In this document: positions 13,072 through 25,794 of the stretch, one piece after another
Layout: every line of letters starts with the position of its first letter
Position numbering within the stretch: position 1 is the first letter of the stretch
Origin: Felis catus
Lineage: Eukaryota
NCBI RefSeq assembly: GCF_018350175.1
Contig: NC_058368.1
Span: 102,240,001-102,304,000 of the forward strand
Reading direction: 5' to 3'
Length of the DNA: 64,000 bases
The notes under the pieces: generated by a model
Databases searched by the model: none
Told to the model about the DNA's origin: nothing
What the model saw: the letters and a program-made list of their open reading frames with translations, nothing else
Program-made: the position numbers and the translations under genes

Positions 13072-13186
13072 CTTTCTTCTTTTTTTTTTTTTTTTTAAGT
13101 AATCTCTGTGCCTAATGTGGGACTTGAACTCACGACTCCAAGGTCGAGACTCACATGCTCCACTGACTAAGCCAGCCAGGAGCCCC
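13072..13186 (-). mobile_element. Short, old-type Can-SINE
   Basis: Poly(T), 'ggacttgaactcacgac', 'gccagccaggagcccc'. Confidence 0.8.
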
Positions 13187-14157
13187 TGTGCTGAACAATT
13201 TTAAAGGTTACTAAAACAAATGGGTACGGGTTCCCTGAAACAAATATAAGCAAAATCTCTTCATCACAAATGCCGGAGTCTTTTTTGTTGTTGTTAACAA
13301 CATTAAATTATTATTGAGGTTTGTGTGTAGCTAGAAATGATACAACAAAGAGGCAGATTGGAGGTTTACATACCTCCTTGGAGTGGATTTTGAAATTAAA
13401 GGTCTCCTCCTCCAAACAGTCATCTTTTCAAATCCTCCCCAAACCTCCTATTTGTATGTTTTAGTAGGTGAGAAGGGTGCCTACCTAGAGTAGGGAAGAA
13501 GATAAAACTGGGTCTTCCTAGGTGGGAGAGATAATTAAGTGGAGATTGGAAAAGAGAATTTTTAGCATGACAAGAGAAAATTCAAGAACATTCCTCCCTT
13601 AATGGAAGAAGGAGGTAGTCAAAAAACTTTTGATCATTTTTCTTCTGCATGCTTGCAAATACATATGCAATCAAGTAATGACTTTCTGGCAATGGAAACA
13701 GGAAACACCTGATGCACAAGGTTCTCTGTTCTATAAATCATATTGTCAGGAACAGAGCTGATTTAAGGGCAGGCCAGGCACACTTGCCTAGGACACTGTT
13801 CTCTAGGAGGTACTAAGAGAGTCACAGAAACGTCCCAAGATGGAGCAACTTGGGTTTCCCATGTACCTTGTTACAGATAAAGTATTGTCTTTGGACAAAA
13901 CACACAGGAAGGGGGTGCTGAGTCACTCTGCTGCCCCCGACTTACAAGAAGGGTGGGCCAGGCAGCTGCCTGCTGGGTTCTACTGAGCAGAGTATTCAAG
14001 GCTAGCAGAGCTGACTGGCTTGAGACAGAAAATGAGACTTCCCCCTCCACTTGTCTCCTACACAGAGCTCGGACTCGTCAAAGTAAATGCGGAAGTTTGT
14101 CAAGAGTATGATTTTTAAAGGACCAGATCATGAGCAAGTCAAGATGCCCACAGTCCC

Positions 14158-14528
14158 TGTCTTACTTAATCCATCTGGGCTGCTCTAACCCAACAGCACA
14201 CACTGGGTGGTTAATTAACAACAGAAATTTATCTCTCGCAGCTCTAAAGGTTGGCAAGTCTGACAACAACGTGGCAGCTTGGTCACATGTGGGGAGGGAC
14301 CTCTTCCTGCGTCTTAGCCAGCACCTTCTCTCTGTGTTCAGATATGGGGGACGGGGCTAGGGATCTCTCTGGAGTCCCTTTCCTAAGGCATTAAATCCTG
14401 CTCAGGAGAGCTCCACGCTCATGGCCTAAGCACCCCCCAACCCCAGGACCACACTTTCGAACACCATCACACAGGGCCTTACAATTTCTCCGTGAGTTTG
14501 GGGGGCACACGTATTCAGACTATGGCAG
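14158..14528 (-). mobile_element. MaLR LTR (MLT1A-like)
   Basis: 'ctgggctgctctaac...aacaacagaaatttatctctcgcagctct...attcagactatggca'. Confidence 0.8.
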
Positions 14529-15059
14529 TTTCCATCTGGGCCTGGTCACAAAATCACGCTAAGAGCAAAGCTGTGTCCTCCCGCCAACCATCCTCAGAAA
14601 TGTCTGAACCTTTAGGAGCTTTGTCCTCATGGTATCCATGGGAATGGAATGTTGGATGTATGTCCCAATCTCTAGAGGTAAAAGGTATAACTGAGCTTTC
14701 TTCCACGTGTGAACTGGTTGTTAGCAAAGGAGAAAGGGCTTTTAATTCAGTAGTCTCCTTCCCTCAGTGTCTATCTTGTTGATTCTCAACGTGTCTTTCA
14801 TGGCTGGGCTGGCCTCAACTTCCCCGGGAAAGAATGAGGGCGCCCACCAAGTTCTCCAGTCTGGAGGGGCTTGCCCCACCTTCTATATTTTGTCCACTAG
14901 GAAAAGGAGAATACACACACTTGACTTTGAGGCTCCAAGTTGAGAACCGTTTTTTAATCACCTCTTGGTCACAAGAATGACCATCTGAACATCCCTCTAT
15001 TTGTTTCTGACCATTCCACAAGTGATCGTAACAGGAGCATAGCAGAAAATGCAGGGACA

Positions 15060-15165
15060 TGCAAATCAGCCATTTCTGTTTCCTCCTTTGTGAAATGCAA
15101 GTAATGACAAAGACCAGACTTATGCTCAGAGTTGAATGAGGTAACATGATAGCTCACTCTTAAGA
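15060..15165. mobile_element. MIR fragment
   Basis: 'ctgtttcctcctttgtgaaatg...ttgaatgaggtaacatg'. Confidence 0.55.
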
Positions 15166-16040
15166 GTTCCAGCTGTGACACAAGAATGGGTTAAATTCTT
15201 TTAGATCGCCTTCTTGGGTTTCAGGAAAAACTCACCAAGTTCCATGATAAAATCATGCTATTAAAGGATTGCTCTGATATGATCAAACATATTAAAATCA
15301 CATATTTCATAATGTCTTTATGTTTGGTCTTTAATCTATCATGATGAGCTCATTGGGTCTAACGGTTCAGCGTTTTGAGTTTTGTGAATTAGAGCTAGGC
15401 TTTTACTGACCCTAATTTTTTAGGTTAATAGTACTTTTTATGAAAGCTGGTCATCTGACACATCGCGGGGATAAATGAATGCACTCACTTTACTTTCTGC
15501 CGGTCGGCCCCAGTAACTCTTTACAAAAGATCATTTTCATGATTCCTCCAACAGGATGTATGAGCCCTAACTCTAAATCTGTATGTATCTAATATCCGTA
15601 CATGCAGTTTTAGTATATACACAATATGAACGTATATTTTCTTTTTGCCTTAAAAATGAATACTTTCGTCTTTGCAATAGCTACCTAAATGTTTCTTATA
15701 CCAGCAGAATTCTTTTGTTGAGACAGAGCATCGGCTTTAATTCACCTCCCCTGGATTATTTTAAAAACACTAAATCACAAAATACTCAAGCAGGTTTCAT
15801 TCCATCATGTTTCATGGTGGCTGTCTGTCTTAGTACTTTCCTAAGACTCCTTCAATCAATGAGAAGAGGTGAAGATAGCCATTAACTTGTTATTCCTAGC
15901 TATGACTATGCCCTCAATTCTTCAAGATTCCACAGGCAAAACGTTTATTCATCAATAAATTTTGGTACCATTCATTCTCTTGTAACAAGCTCCACATTTT
16001 TTTTTATACAATCGTAAATATTTATTTAACTGCTAGTATA

Positions 16041-16402
16041 GGGGCACCTGGGTGGCTCAGGTGCTTTGTTAGGCAGACTGACCTTGGCATTGGGGTTATG
16101 ATCCAAGAACTTGAACGTATAGATGGATTTGGCATCTCCAGCTTTGTGATAGAAGCCCTGAAAATAACCCTAATCACCTAGAGCCCGAAGGGTCTTTGGT
16201 ACATGCTATATCCTCATTTCTTGTTGAGTTCACCATTTATTCAACTTCATGGATATTAATTATTTTTTGGCAGACAAGAAATTGCAACTCTTGATCTCAC
16301 CTCAGGTCTTGATCTCGGGATTTGGAGTTTAAGCTCCACATTGGGCTCCAGGCTGGGAACGGAGCCTACTTTGAATGAGTGAATGAATGCATACATACAT
16401 AC
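16041..16402 (+). mobile_element. Old Can-SINE split by a ~228-bp insertion
   Basis: Head 'ggggcacctgggtggctcag' at 16041-16060; body resumes at 16288 'ctcttgatctcacctcaggtcttgatctc...ggagcctact'. Confidence 0.85.
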
Positions 16403-16897
16403 TAATACAGATTCACAAAAGATTGTCTCTAATGATAAACCTCCTAACATCATGTATTAATTTGGTCCAGCTTTACTTCACACCATCCTCCTAGTTATTT
16501 TTGCCTCTGGAATCACGATTCAAAAGGCCAAACATAAATATTAACAAGCGATCGCGAATTCATGTCACTCAATCAAGTGATAAGAATTTACTGAGCACCT
16601 ACCATGTACGAGGCACTTAAAGAATATTGTGAAATATAAAGCAATTCGTTTATGAGAACATCAAGATATATTTGCAGTTCCTGGTCTGCCAAAAATAATT
16701 AACATCCATGAAGTTGAATAAATGGCAAACTCAATAAGAAATGAGGATATAGCATGTATCAAAGACCCTTCGGGCTCTAGGTGATTAGGGTTATTTTCAG
16801 GGCTTCTATCACAAAGCTGGAGATGCCAAATCCATCTGTAGATTCAGGTTCTTGGAAGCAACCCCAGTGCCAAGGTCAGCTTGACCAGCAAAGCACC
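16060..16897. repeat. Long inverted repeat: arms 16060-16287 and 16672-16897, ~384-bp spacer
   Basis: Manual alignment gives ~90% identity, with a perfect 78-bp block (16121-16198 vs 16760-16837). Confidence 0.95.
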
Positions 16898-17014
16898 AGG
16901 ATTCTGCACAGGAATGAACATGTTCTAATACTGAGGGGAATAAACCCGGAAGGGTAACCAGATGATGGAATGATAATAGGACTAATAAAATTTTGTTAAG
17001 AAATAGGCACCTAA

Positions 17015-17192
17015 GGGGCACCTGGACGTCTGACTTTTGATTTCAGCTCAGGTTATGAGCTCATGATTGGGGAGATCAAGCCCTGCATCGGGCTCTGTGC
17101 TCAGCAGATTCTTTCTCTCTCTCTCTCTCTCTCTCTCTGCCCCTCTGCACCCCTCAAAATAAATAAAGATGCATTTTATAACTAAAAAAAAA
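17015..17192 (+). mobile_element. Can-SINE with internal deletion near the 5' end
   Basis: 'ggggcacctgg' joins directly to 'acgtctgacttttgatttcagctcagg'. Confidence 0.85.
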
Positions 17193-17274
17193 GAAATATG
17201 TACTCAAAACATGCAAGACTACAGGTGGTTTCTATCTCACGGGGGTTCATCTAAAATCTACCCCTAGTAGTGTT

Positions 17275-17503
17275 GGGGCTCTCTGGTGGCTCAGTCGGCT
17301 AAGCGTCTGACTCTTGGTTTTGCCTCAGATCATGATCTCATGGTTTTGTGAATTCGAGCCCTGCATCGGACTCTGCGTTGAGAGCGCAAAGCCTGCTTAG
17401 GATTCTCTCTCTCCCTCTCTCTGTGTCCCTCCCCCTGCTCCCACTGTCTCCGTCTCACTCAAAAATAAATAACCTTACATTTTTTTTAATTAAAATAAAA
17501 AAT
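17275..17503 (+). mobile_element. Can-SINE with TSD ...ccctagtagtgt
   Basis: Full body; 'ccctagtagtgt' on both flanks. Confidence 0.92.
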
Positions 17504-18525
17504 AAATCGATCCCTAGTAGTGTCAACAACCACTGAGGTGGCACGGATGATGACAAGATGATTTCACTAAGCCAGTCACGTTGGTGGCGTGGAGAAGAGG
17601 AGCTAACACCCCTGTCCCTGATGCCCTGTCCAGCTCCTTCCCCTCCAGAGCTATGAGGTGCTGTGGGGCCAGGTGGAGAATCCTGAGGGGTGCGGTGAAC
17701 TCAGTTATTAAAGCTTTTGGAGAAGCAGAAAAAGCGAGTGATGAAGATTAGGCAGTAATGACCTACTTTTCACGCCAGCCATGAGGGCTCCTCAGTAGCT
17801 TGTGAGCCCTGCACAGTAGAACGCTTTAGAACAAAGAGCGTGCAACGTGAATCTTGCACACAGAGAGGCATTGGAAGCTTTAAAAATACCCAAATATACA
17901 ATGGCCTCTTGTTTAATTATAGTAATTATTCATCAGGCTCCAGATGTTGAGAAAGAAAAAAAACTTTATCTTTTATGATCAGAAGCATGAATCCTTTCAA
18001 ATGTGTGTGTCACCGAAATGGAATGTATCTCATCATCAACTTGCCGCAGAGAGAGTGCTGAATAAATAAGTGAAGCCAATCCAGATCCTTATTAAAAGGA
18101 TTTGCTTCCAAAGGGAGAGAGAAATACCTTCCATTCGGAAGAAATCGGCCCTTAATTTCAGCCCTACCAAAAAGTCAGCAGTACATGGGGCATTGTGGCT
18201 GCATCAGGACTGGTTTTACAACGTTTAATCAAATTCTTGTCCAGAAGCCATGGATGGCTGTGCATTAATGGCGTGGCTGCTGCATTCTTCCCACTGTAAT
18301 TGAGAGGCCCAGGAACCAAGGCCACCACTAAGTAGGTATGCTTGGAATGGGGGGGACGGGTTCTAAAAAGGGCAAGATAGCCTCCCAGAAAGCCAAGCCT
18401 GGAATTCTAGAGCTGAGGACTAATGCCTCAGACCCCACCAAACCCCACAGGATTCAAGTAAAGGCAACAAACTTTTTTCTACCAGGGGCCCAAGACATAG
18501 AATAATTGGATGTCAGCAACAGGAG

Positions 18526-19183
18526 TGTGGTAGGCAGCTTCCAACAGGGCGCCCGTGATTTTCACTTCCCAATATTCAAGTTCCTGGGTAGTCTCTTTCC
18601 ACTCTGCATGGGGCCCCCTCTCTCTGGTGGAAGCCAGCCACAGTGTCAATAAATGGTGGATGTGCCTGGGACGCCTGGGTGGCTCAGTTGGTTGAGCATC
18701 TGACTCTTCCTATCAGCTCAGGTTGCGATCCTGAGGTCATGAGATTGAGCCCCGGGTTAGGTTCTGTGCTGAGTATGGAACCTGTTTGGGATACTCTCTC
18801 CTTCTCTGTCTGCCCCTCCCTCACTCACATTCTCTCTCCCACTCTCTCTCTCTCTCAAAATAAACAAACCTTTGAAAAACACACAACACTGATGTGCCCA
18901 GTGGAGAAGACCATGTAGGGGGGAACTCAGGATATCTGCCCAGAGTGAGCACCCATATGCCACAGGACTATGGATCCTTGTATCTCTCTAGTCTGAGTCT
19001 TGTCTTTGCTGACTACAACCTCAGCCACTGTTGAGCCCAAGGTCGTAACGGAATCTGAGCAAGAAGCACCCAGCAGGGCCACTCCCCTTTCCTGGCCCAT
19101 AGAAGCTATGTGAGATGATGGTGATTGTTTTCCGCCAGGGAGTTTGGGGTTAACTGGTGACCTAGCAAGAGGAAACTATTGCA
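18526..19183 (+). mobile_element. MaLR LTR (MLT1F/G-like), interrupted by a SINE
   Basis: Starts 'tgtggtaggcag'; ends 'agtttggggttaactggtgacctagcaagaggaaactattgca'. Confidence 0.7.
18668..18880 (+). mobile_element. Can-SINE
   Basis: 'gggacgcctgggtggctcagttgg', (CT)n, tail. Confidence 0.9.
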
Positions 19184-19268
19184 TAATGTTATCTTCAACA
19201 GCTTGACTTTTACCTTGAAGCCTCTCTGTAAACAAAGCTAGGCATTTCATTTCAGGCTCAGCTACAGG

Positions 19269-19308
19269 GTGTGCGTGTGTGTGTGTGCGTGTGTGTGTGT
19301 GTGTGTGT
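19269..19308. repeat. (TG)n microsatellite with CG interruptions
   Basis: Read directly. Confidence 0.9.
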
Positions 19309-19675
19309 TTGTATTGGTGGAATCCATTCAGCTATTAGTCTCCTCTAACCCACAAGGCAGAATTCAGCCCAAGGATGCCAAGGAATGTTGTATTTCCCCA
19401 TTTCATGGGCTCTCACATTATAATATACACATCATATTTTATGTACTTTTTCTATCTGCATTTTGAAAGAAAATGATAGCTTCACCAATGAGGGAATTTC
19501 ACTTATAAGATAGCTTTAGACTACCACCATGTTCAAGGTCATGTACCAAACTGTAGTTTATGTTCATAGATATGGAGCACTCCTAGACCCTAACCTTGAA
19601 GAGCTTCCATTAGTGGAGATAAAAGTACTTAAGGGTCCGTAAAACTAAAGTTTCATTAAGAACATATAATAAATG

Positions 19676-19852
19676 TGGACTCCTGGAGGGCTCAGTCGGC
19701 TAAGCATCCGACTCTTGACTTGGGCTCAGGACATGACCTTGCAATTCATGAGTTCGAATCCACAGTGTGTTCTATGCTGACAGCTTAGAGCCTACTTGGG
19801 ATTCTGTCTCCCGCTCTCTCTGTCCCTCCCCTGCTCCAGTGTGTGGTCACTT

Positions 19853-19882
<30 letters not shown>
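19676..19882 (+). mobile_element. Can-SINE ending in an expanded (CT)n, no A-tail
   Basis: 'ggctcagtcggctaagcatccgactcttg', (CT)n at ~19854-19882. Confidence 0.88.
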
Positions 19883-19884
<2 letters not shown>

Positions 19885-20651
19885 AAGAGGAATGGAGAGA
19901 GTCAGCTCAGAAGGAGCAGCAGCATGAACCCGGGTAGCCTCCAGGGCCTGTAGACAAGGAAACCTCACAGTGTACGAAGCACGGACCGTAGTCTTGGATG
20001 CTGGGACGAGGCCCTGATATTTAACTGAGTTACCAGCAAGAGCTACTAAAGCACTGGGCAGACTGGAGTGGTTCATATCACAAACTGCACTTCAAGAAAG
20101 TAATTGAATCTATGGGGAACAAGTTTTAAGAAGGAGAGTCTGAAAGCAACCCAGCCAGGAGGCGCTGGTCATAGTCTAGGCACAAGGCACGAGGCACAAG
20201 TGAGGGGGGGCACTGTGAGAAAGCCGAAGATGGACACATGTGAAATGGTGGAATTTTGCAGACCTTACATGTGGTCACTAACAGGGTGACGGTGGAGCCT
20301 GGAAAGGGAGAGGCCAGGGCAGAAAAGGAGACAGAGGTGCTTCAGCCTGGGATAGGAACTGGGTTTTTAAGAGAGTCAGGGACCAGGAGAAACACTGAAA
20401 GCCTTCCAGTGAGACATCACACACCAAAAACAAAAGGAAAAAAGCAATTTGCCTTGCTTTTTTTTTTGATAAATGAGCTTTCTACATAACCCCAATCTGA
20501 CGTCCCCAACTTACTTTGCAAGAGGTTTTTAAACAAACTCTTTGCCTGGCCATACCTCCCTGAAATGGCTCAAGAAAATCATTCCCTAACCTAGTATTCT
20601 GACCCCACCTTCCAGGAACTCAGAGAGGGAAAATTAAAACCTACCCAACTC

Positions 20652-20864
20652 AGGGCATCTGGGTGGCTGAGTTGGTTAAGCCGTCAACTCATGGTTTCCA
20701 CTGAGATCATGATCTCACGGTTTCGTGGGTTCAGGCCCCGCATCAGGCTCCGGAATGACGGTGCCAGAGCCTGCTTGGGATTCGCGGTCTCCCCCTCTGC
20801 CCCTCCCCCACTCACGCTGTCTCTGTCTCTATCGAAATAAAGAAAGAAACTTTAAAAAAAAAAA
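20652..20864 (+). mobile_element. Can-SINE
   Basis: 'agggcatctgggtggctgag' head, A tail. Confidence 0.88.
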
Positions 20865-21285
20865 CGAAACACAACTGTCGAACTCCCTGGAAATCAGCTG
20901 CTTGTGCGCCCTCTGATTTCAGTACGGTGCTTCCCCTGTGCACCCTCAAAGCTGCGTGTTGAGCTTTGAACATTTCTCCACATCTCAAAGACAGAGTTCT
21001 TGTATCAAGGCCGAGGCCTTTACGCAAAGGTAGAGGGTGAACCCAGGTCTCCTAGTTAGACAAATGCAAAACCCAGCAGCCCATGTATACAGAAGCCAAA
21101 TGTTTACTAAACATAATTTTTTTTTTGCAGATTATGAATGGCACCAGCTACAGTAGCATAGAAAAATCATGGTAAATAGCAACAAGGGACTGCGTGGCAC
21201 CATTTTCAGCACCGTAGACACATTACCTCACTTGATTCTTACGATAACACTGGGAGGAGTGGAAATCAACATCTCAAGAGCCAAG

Positions 21286-21515
21286 ATTTTTTTTGTTTTA
21301 ATGCTTTCTTTACCTTTGAGAGAGAGAGAGAAAGAGACAATGCACAAGCTGGCAAGGGCACAAAGGGAGGGAGGCAGAGAATCCGAAGCAGGCTCCAGGC
21401 TCTGAGCTGTCAGCGCAGAGCCCTCTGTGGGGCTCGAACCCACAAACCGCGAGATCAGGACCTGAACCCGACTCAAGAGACGGACGTTTAACCGACGGAG
21501 CCACCCGGGTGCCCC
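21286..21515 (-). mobile_element. Can-SINE with TSD tcaagagccaaga, inserted in a MIR-like remnant
   Basis: Full reverse SINE; TSD on both flanks. Confidence 0.92.
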
Positions 21516-21609
21516 TCAAGAGCCAAGACTTGTTATCAGGCGGCCTCAGAGCCTGGGCTTGTGAGCAGGGAGTCTCAACAGTTTTCCATAGACGTCTCTG
21601 CAGTCATCA

Positions 21610-21942
21610 CTCTATCTGCTTCCATTGCCGCTGTAACATATGACCACAAACCGACCTGTTGACATGACACAACACCCTATCTCTCTGAGCCTTCTCCCCT
21701 AGTGACATTTCCCCGTGACTCTGATCTCTTCTGCCTCCCCCTCTGCGTTTAAGGACCCCTGCGATATTAGGCCCACCAGGGACATCCAGCATTCTCTCAT
21801 CCGAGGGTCAGCGGCTTAGCAGCCTTAATTCCCCTCTGCATTCACCTGATGCATTCACAGGTCCCAGGGATCGTGAGGACATGAACAACTTGGGGGGAGG
21901 GAGGGTGGCGTGCAGGGGGAGTATTATTCTATCTACTCTACC
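21610..21942 (-). mobile_element. MaLR LTR (MLT1C-like), internally deleted
   Basis: 'ttgccgctgtaacatatgaccacaaac...taaggacccctgcgatattaggcccacc...cattcacaggtcccagggat'. Confidence 0.75.
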
Positions 21943-23584
21943 CACTAATGCTCTAAGTAAGGAATCTAAGAATTCAAGCATATTTAAAATGCTGGAAATC
22001 AGAACCATAAAACAAAGAGAGGTGAGCGGGTGGATAAGAAGGGATTGTAGACAGAATGTGCCCGGTGCCTACGAGCAAAGGTAGACTCTTGAGATCCGTC
22101 TCCCCCTTCCAGACATTTGCCGACTTGCCCAACAACATCATCGTTCTTTCGAGGAGAGTCAACACAAATTAGCTTTCTCCTACCACCTGCCTAGCAGCTC
22201 AGCTAGGAAAACTCAAAACCTGTACTACTCTTACCGTCCTCACTCAGCGTCATTTTGGTAGCTTGCACGCAGCACACGTAACCCTTCCCAGAGCGGGCTC
22301 TCTGGGGCCATCCCGGCCAGGGGCCACTCCACAGGCACCCAGCCACGAGGACAGAAGGGTGCGCAGAGCACCCAGTGCACAGAGTGCAGGCAGGGAGACC
22401 ATGACGGCGTCCAGGGGGCAGAGCAGGTGGGGTCACCCAGGCCAGGAAGGCAAGACTGCGCGGATGGAGAAGAGGAAGCAAGTCCTCGGGACCCATAGGT
22501 GGAAATGAACATGAGCTGTTCATGAGCTGCTGTTGAGTTTCTCTCAACGGCAGAGTCCAAGAGGCTGGAGCAGGGGAGGGTAAGAGGTCAGGCCCTAGGG
22601 GCCAGTGAGGTCGGGTCTCAAGGCCTGGCAGGGTGGCAGGTGGAGGTGGAAAGCCTGAATTCAATGTCGAACTCCCAAGGAGCCAGTGGACGCTCTTGAG
22701 GAGGACCTGGAATAAAGGCGCTGTTGACCGAGTATGAATGGGTATGTCAGGCTTCTCTACCGTGACATGGACAGAGGACCCACCCCGTAGGATGAAAAGG
22801 AGTAGAGAGCGAAGGAGCCAACCACTTAGCAAAGTGGTTAATACGTGGTCAGTGCTCAGGAAGTAAGACAGTGTGTAGGTACCAGAAACGCCAGTGATCC
22901 AAAGTACTTCATGCCCCCAAGTCCATTGTCTGGAGGTCAAAGTCATCTGGAAGGCTTCTGCAAACGGCCACAGCAGACTTGTCTCCAGGCCTGTGCTGCC
23001 TCTAGAGCTTTGCTGGGTGTGTGGAGATCCCACAGAGAGGCTCAGGCCCCCTCGCACGAGGCGGTGGGGAGCCTCTGTGGTGGGGAGGGAGGCAAGGCCC
23101 CTGGAGAAACCACAGACAGGGCAGCTGACAGGCTCCACGTGGAGCCAGGGCATCGGTGTCCTCATGCCGAGTGGGTGCCCCCACACTAGGCTTTCCACTG
23201 ACTGCTGTTCTCACCTTGCTCTCCCCCCGCCCCCCTCGTGTTCACTCCCCACCCGTCTCCCTTGAAGTGAAACCCACCAGTTGTGCCTCTTCTATGCACC
23301 TCTTCTCCCTTCCTCTAACATTGCAGTGCAGGTTTATCGAGGGGTCTCATGAAGACCACCAGGAGGGACTCTACTGTCAGCGATGGAAGTGGTTCAGTAT
23401 TTTCACTATCTGGGTAGAGATGTGAAGGGCATGTTCAGCTAATCTTGGGATATTAGACCTTTTGCATTGCACTGATGTGGGAGGAACTAGCAACCCTCCC
23501 CTGGCAACTCCACCTAGAAAAGGAGCCGGAAGGCCCTTGAGAGAAAAGGGACCGGAATCTGTCTCCTCTTCCATAGAACTGCAA

Positions 23585-24301
23585 AGGTACCAACACTGAC
23601 CCTGCCTGAATTTCACCAAAGTGTGTAAGACACAGGGCACAGCCCCTACCCGGGATCACCCTCACTTCTGACACCAACTACAAGTTCAGGAGATTCCCCA
23701 AATGGCCCTCAAGGTGGATCATTCACTGGAAGGACTCAGAGAACTCACGGAGGGCGGCGATACCCACCGTGACAATGTATGACAGGCAAAGGAAGCCGGT
23801 CAAAATCCGCCAAAAGATGAAGCACACGGCACAGAGTGGGTCGAAGGGCGAGGGGTCTCAACCATGAAGCTTCTGCTGTCCCTTCCGGGTGGAGACGGGG
23901 GGCATTAGCTGCCCACCGTCAACATGTGACAATGAGCACAGAGTAATGCCAACCAGGGAAAGACAGGAAAACTTCCCCCCAGCTTTGCTGATCACGGTTT
24001 TCCCTGAGGCTCCATTATGCAAGCTGGATTGTTTGACTACTTGACCTCCTTCACCAGGCTGATGGCCGACTAATACCACGTGACGGGAAGCCCCCACCCT
24101 AAGTCACATGGCTGGTCTGGCTGGTATGGCCAGCCACCCACCTTACCTCGACTCTGAGGCTAGTCCCCCTCCGAGATCTGATGAGTCAGTTCCTGCCCTA
24201 ACCAGAGTCACTCCTACCACGTATGATATAGACTGCCTCCCAGAAACTGAGGGCAAAGGCCAGACCTCTCTTTGGACAAAGTCGGGTCCTTGACCATTGC
24301 A
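23585..24301 (-). mobile_element. LTR, MER21-like
   Basis: 'cacttctgacaccaactacaagttc', 'ggaaggactcagagaactcac', 'gagggcaaaggccagacctctctttgg'. Confidence 0.75.
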
Positions 24302-24701
24302 GAGGCCATGAGATTCACAAAAGCCTCATTTGTAAGAACGAAGGAGCTCCCTGTATTTCTTGTTGTCACTCCAGGAGGGATGCAGGTGGGCAGACTATTG
24401 CGATCCACTGAAGAGAAGACCAAAGTCGTCCGAGGGCAGCTGAGCAGCTCCCAGCCCGCACACCATCACCCCACCCCCAAAGCATGCTGTCAGGAAAGCC
24501 AGGGGCCAGGAATCTGAGACACATTCTCTAGAGGCTCAGAGTACAGCACAGTTGTCTCATGGTAGGGGGAATGCCAGAGCACAGGGGAGAAACAAGGGGA
24601 AAACAGAGGGCTCATATACAAATTGGGAACAGTTCCTGTCTAAGCAGTGCCAACCAGGAGGGGGATGAAACACATAAATCCTAGAGGATACCGGATCAGG
24701 G

Positions 24702-24835
24702 AGGGTGAGTGCGGTCCTGCATCTTGGATGGGCAGGCACTTCTGGGTGTGAACGGAGATCCTATTTATCACTGTGCTAGGACAACAAGCGTAAATCAGAT
24801 TATCCTAGACAACTTAGTGTGTTTGCCCAGCGTTA
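24702..24835. mobile_element. MER94-like hAT-Blackjack MITE
   Basis: 'agggtga...cacttctgggtgtgaacggagatcctatt...ggacaacaagcgtaaatc'. Confidence 0.6.
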
Positions 24836-25184
24836 GGTGATGCCTGGGGATGCTAGTAAGCAGAGGCTGGCGAGCCACAGTCTACACTTGGCACACCGTT
24901 CATTCTGGTCCCACACTTGTCCTTCATCCTGAGCCGGATTTGGTCTCATCTCAGTAACAGCTGCAGTCAGACTGGGTGGAAGGGCCCAGCAGCTGTCCAA
25001 GAGTGAAGGTACTGAGGGCCGGGGTCTCAGGAGGGGAGGAGCAGAACGCACACATCGGAGCGAAAGGTCTTTGTTGAAAGCAGCGAGCCCTGACCTGTGT
25101 GGGAATCTGCCCCAAAACAAAAAGGGCTGATCTTCAGCCCTCATCCTGTATATAACCTTTCAGAATTACGAATTTAAGTTGGCC

Positions 25185-25402
25185 TTTTTTTTTTTTTTTA
25201 ACGTTTATTTATTTTTGAGACAGAGAGAGACAGAGCATGAACAGGGGAGAGGCAGAGAGAGAGGGAGACACAGAATGTGAAACAGGCTCCAGGTTCTGAG
25301 CTGTCAGCACAGAGCCCGACGCGGGGCTCGAACTCACTGACGGTGAGATCATGACCTGAGCCGAAGTCGGACGCTTAACCGACTGAGCCACCCAGGCGCC
25401 CC
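25185..25402 (-). mobile_element. Young felid SINE
   Basis: Near-consensus, CpG-rich; flanks taagttggcct / taagtttgcct. Confidence 0.95.
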
Positions 25403-25794
25403 TAAGTTTGCCTATTTTGAGTGAGGTCCCCTGGACCATCAGCGTGGCTGACTGCACCCTCCAAGTGTTTGATGGGCCTAAGGCACCTCTGTAGGGCAGG
25501 CATAAACTGAATTGAAGAGAGCAATAGAGGACACAGGCACATAAACACAGCCAGGAAAATGCACATGGGGCTACATACACAGCCCTAATGGGAAAAAAAT
25601 GCTCTTAAACCACATTTACAAAATCTTATAGGAAAGGCAGGGAAACTGGATAGATTTGGAAAATGAGAGAGTTGCAGCACAAACCTTGGATAGGAGTTGG
25701 ATTTTAGTGCTGGTTATGGCCCTAGATTATCGAGGCACTAACCAGAATTTTAGTCTTGGTTAATTTGCCAGGAGACATAGAAAACTCTAATAAC

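Noticed and set aside
10196..13186. tRNA-like A/B boxes
   Set aside because: They belong to tRNA-derived Can-SINEs, not tRNA genes
22203..23198. Longest ORF (331 aa, minus strand)
   Set aside because: No recognisable domain, Pro/Leu/Ser/Gly-rich composition and overlapping ORFs in other frames; typical of chance ORFs in GC-rich DNA
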